Source of the DNA: Callorhinchus milii
Lineage: Eukaryota
DNA: 64,000 nucleotides
Reading direction: 5' to 3'
NCBI RefSeq assembly: GCF_018977255.1
Contig: NW_024704742.1
Coordinates: 139,130,001-139,194,000, forward strand
Below, in pieces: positions 61,541 through 64,000 of this stretch. The number at the start of each line of letters is the position of its first letter. Position 1 is the first letter of the stretch. The notes beneath the pieces were generated by a model. It worked only from the letters and a program-made list of their open reading frames with translations. It searched no databases and was not told where the DNA came from. The position numbers were made by a program, and so were the translations under genes.

Positions 61541-61735
61541 TTTTTTTTGAGGGATTATTATTCCTGGAAAAGCGATCTGACAATTGACTAATAACTGGGT
61601 TCCCACTTACTGCTAGGTAAACAGAGACGTGTAGAGTAAGGAAACATGCCCAACACTTTGTCCTGCCCAGGAATAGAATCCAGGGTCTCTAGTTTGTGAG
61701 GTGAGTGCTCTAACCACTGGGCAACAGGACTCCAC
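61541..61735 (-). mobile_element. Older SINE 5' half
   Basis: tRNA-like head ending GGACTCCAC on +. Confidence 0.8.
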
Positions 61736-62269
61736 AGGAGTATGCCCGTACATGGCATTGACTTGGACTGCGAGAATATCAAAGTGCTGGAATATCATCA
61801 GATGTCGTGTTTGGCAAGTAGACGTGTCCATGTGAACGACTCTGCCTCCAATGTCTCAGCGACAGGTTAATGCAGGCCGGAACCCTGTTAGGGTCCTCCT
61901 GCTGAAGGCAGATATACTTTGAAAAGCTGCTGAGGATGTTTGGGAGGAAAGCTGTTGGAGTCTGCAGTGTGAACATGTGTCAGTATCCGTCCCTCAGCCT
62001 CCTCCAAACTTGGCTGTGATTGACGATCTGGGTTGTCAGTCAGGGTCAGGAGGCAAAACGAGTGACTTTGATTGGCAGACTGAGTTGCCAGCAGTCAATG
62101 GGCAGCCTGTAGGCAATGTCTGGCCTTTGATTGAGGAGTCTGGGTTGTCAATCAGAGATTGAAGGCGGGGTGAGGGGCTGTGATTAAGGTGGACTGGAGA
62201 GTAAATGCTTTGCACAACAACAATTTGAATTTACACCACCACAGCAGCAATAATAAATCACATTTACAC

Positions 62270-62575
62270 AACAACAAATTTGCATTTACACAGCGCCTTT
62301 CACATCTGGAGGATATCCCTGGCACTGGACAGTCAAGGGGTTGCACTCAAGCTGAGGGCTGGAGTGAAAAGCAGTGGAGGGACAGGGGATGGGGCTGGGA
62401 GAGTGACCAAAGGTAGAGTGAAAGAAGAAGGTCTTGAAATGGAGCTTGAAGGAGGCAAGGGAGGGGCTGAGATGAAGGGACTCCAAGATGGAGTTCTAGA
62501 GGGTGAAGGCAGAAAGGCTGAAGATTGGGTGGGCAGAGCAGGGGACATGGAGCAGGCCAGTGCCAATTGAACAGA
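62270..62575 (-). mobile_element. L2 3' tail fragment
   Basis: CAA tail; 'SFKLHFKTFFF'. Confidence 0.78.
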
Positions 62576-62729
62576 GGGTGTGAGCAGGATGGTAAGGTCC
62601 ACCAATGCCATGTACCATTTGTTTCAGATTCAAGACAGCAACATGATAGCAATTACAAATTTAAAAGTAAGTAAAAAAATTATTTCCTATTAGTTTTGGC
62701 CAACTGACATACAAAATTGGCCATTTTAG

Positions 62730-62935
62730 AGTGAAATTAGAATACAGGTTTTCACCCACGGGTAGTGGAAGTCTGGAACTCTCCCCCCAAAAAGCTATGG
62801 ATGCTGGATCCATTCACATCTTCAAGACTGAGGTGGATAGACATTTGTTAGTTAAGGTTATCAAATGATATGGGGCAAAGCTGGATAATTGGACTTGAGG
62901 ATATGGGGGGCCTGATTGACCATTAATTTGAAGCT
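62730..62935 (+). mobile_element. CR1 3' end fragment
   Basis: Similar to 42290-42435. Confidence 0.72.
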
Positions 62936-62984
62936 CTCCCAACAATGCTCTGTGTCAGTGAGTAAAGCAAGCAGATGTTGGGAT

Positions 62985-63710
62985 GTTTTTTAAAGGGATT
63001 ATTACCTCTGGAAAGTGATCTGCCAATCAAATAACAACCGAGTTTCAAATTACTGCTAAGTAAGCAAGGAGCAAGGAAATGTGCCCAATGCTTTGTCCCA
63101 CCCACAACAACAACAACAAGATTCCATTTATAGAGCACCTTTCACGTCGGGAGGACGTCCCAAGGTGCTGTAAGTTGGGTCAGGACCCGAGCATTGGGGG
63201 GAAATGGTCAGGGTGAGGGGAGGGAAGGGAGCGAGGAGGGGGTAGAGAGTCGAGAGGGGAGCTGAAGGCACGGTCAAAGATTAAGGGCTTGAGCCCGGCT
63301 TTGAAGGAGGAAAGGGAGCAGCAAGGTGAAGGCACTGAGGGATAGAGTTCCAGAGCCTCGGGGCTGAGAGGCTGAAAGCCCGGCCACTGATGGTAGGGCG
63401 GTTGGGGCGGGGGATGTGGAGCAGACCGGAGCCAGAGGAACGGAGGGTACGGGCAGGTAGGTAGGGGGATAGTAGGTCGGAGAGGTAGGAGGGAGCAAGG
63501 CCGTGAATGGCCTTGTAGGTGAGGATGAGGATCTTGAAATCGATCCTCTGGGGGATGGGGAGCCAGTGGAGGCGAGAGAGGGTGGGAGTGATGTGGTCCC
63601 GAAGCCTGGTGCGGGACAGTATACGAGCTGCAGAGTTCTGACACAGGAATCAAATACAGGTCCTCTTGCTTGCAAGGCGAGTGGTCTAACACTGAGATAC
63701 CGGACTCCAC
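62985..63710 (-). mobile_element. Older SINE split by L2 subfamily B fragment (63104-63641)
   Basis: SINE body 62985-63100 and head 63642-63710 flank an L2 very similar to 57600-58138. Confidence 0.85.
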
Positions 63711-64000
63711 GAAGTTCCTAACTGATCTATTTGCATCCTCCTGAAATCTTTTCATATTTGAAATTTGATAGGTAGAGTTCAATTCACATGAAAAGGGTCT
63801 AATTTTACTAAAACTCATTGTGCCCACATAGATCAGTGACAGATACGGATAAAGGTGTCACATAATTCTAGGTCACAGGCACCTTCATCTGAAGGAAGGC
63901 ACCTCAGGGTGTGATTGTATTGAAGCAAATCTTTCCAACCTAAGAAGATTGGGTCAAAGTCATAATAATTGTTATGGATTCAAGTCCCACATTGGGACTT

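Noticed and set aside
61780..62160. Possible ancient RTE-like LINE remnant or coding exon
   Set aside because: Only a vague peptide resemblance; not supportable without a search

Overview
Vertebrate genomic DNA, very repeat-dense. The CR1/L2/Deu-type SINE/Penelope repertoire suggests a cartilaginous fish (inference). One host protein-coding gene is supportable: a divergent GDNF-family ligand on the minus strand. It has two coding exons (38968-38812 and 3488-3010) joined by a phase-1 GT-AG intron into a 211-aa prepro-protein. There is a candidate CCAAT/TATA/NF-kB promoter at ~50410-50500, a candidate non-coding first exon, and a candidate polyA signal at 2134-2139. The 35.3-kb coding intron is almost entirely a telomere-like 20-bp satellite (ACACTGTAACCCTAACCTAC) riddled with nested L2 and CR1 LINE fragments, tRNA-derived SINEs and a Penelope-like element ending in a minimal hammerhead ribozyme. 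Other points of note: a short (TTAGGG)n insertion whose empty site is visible in two paralogous repeat copies in this window, an L2 subfamily whose copies share two frameshifts, SINE/LINE tail stem-loop variants, and a cluster of minisatellites around the promoter. Most listed ORFs are TE remnants or low-complexity artefacts. TE boundaries are approximate and were read by eye.
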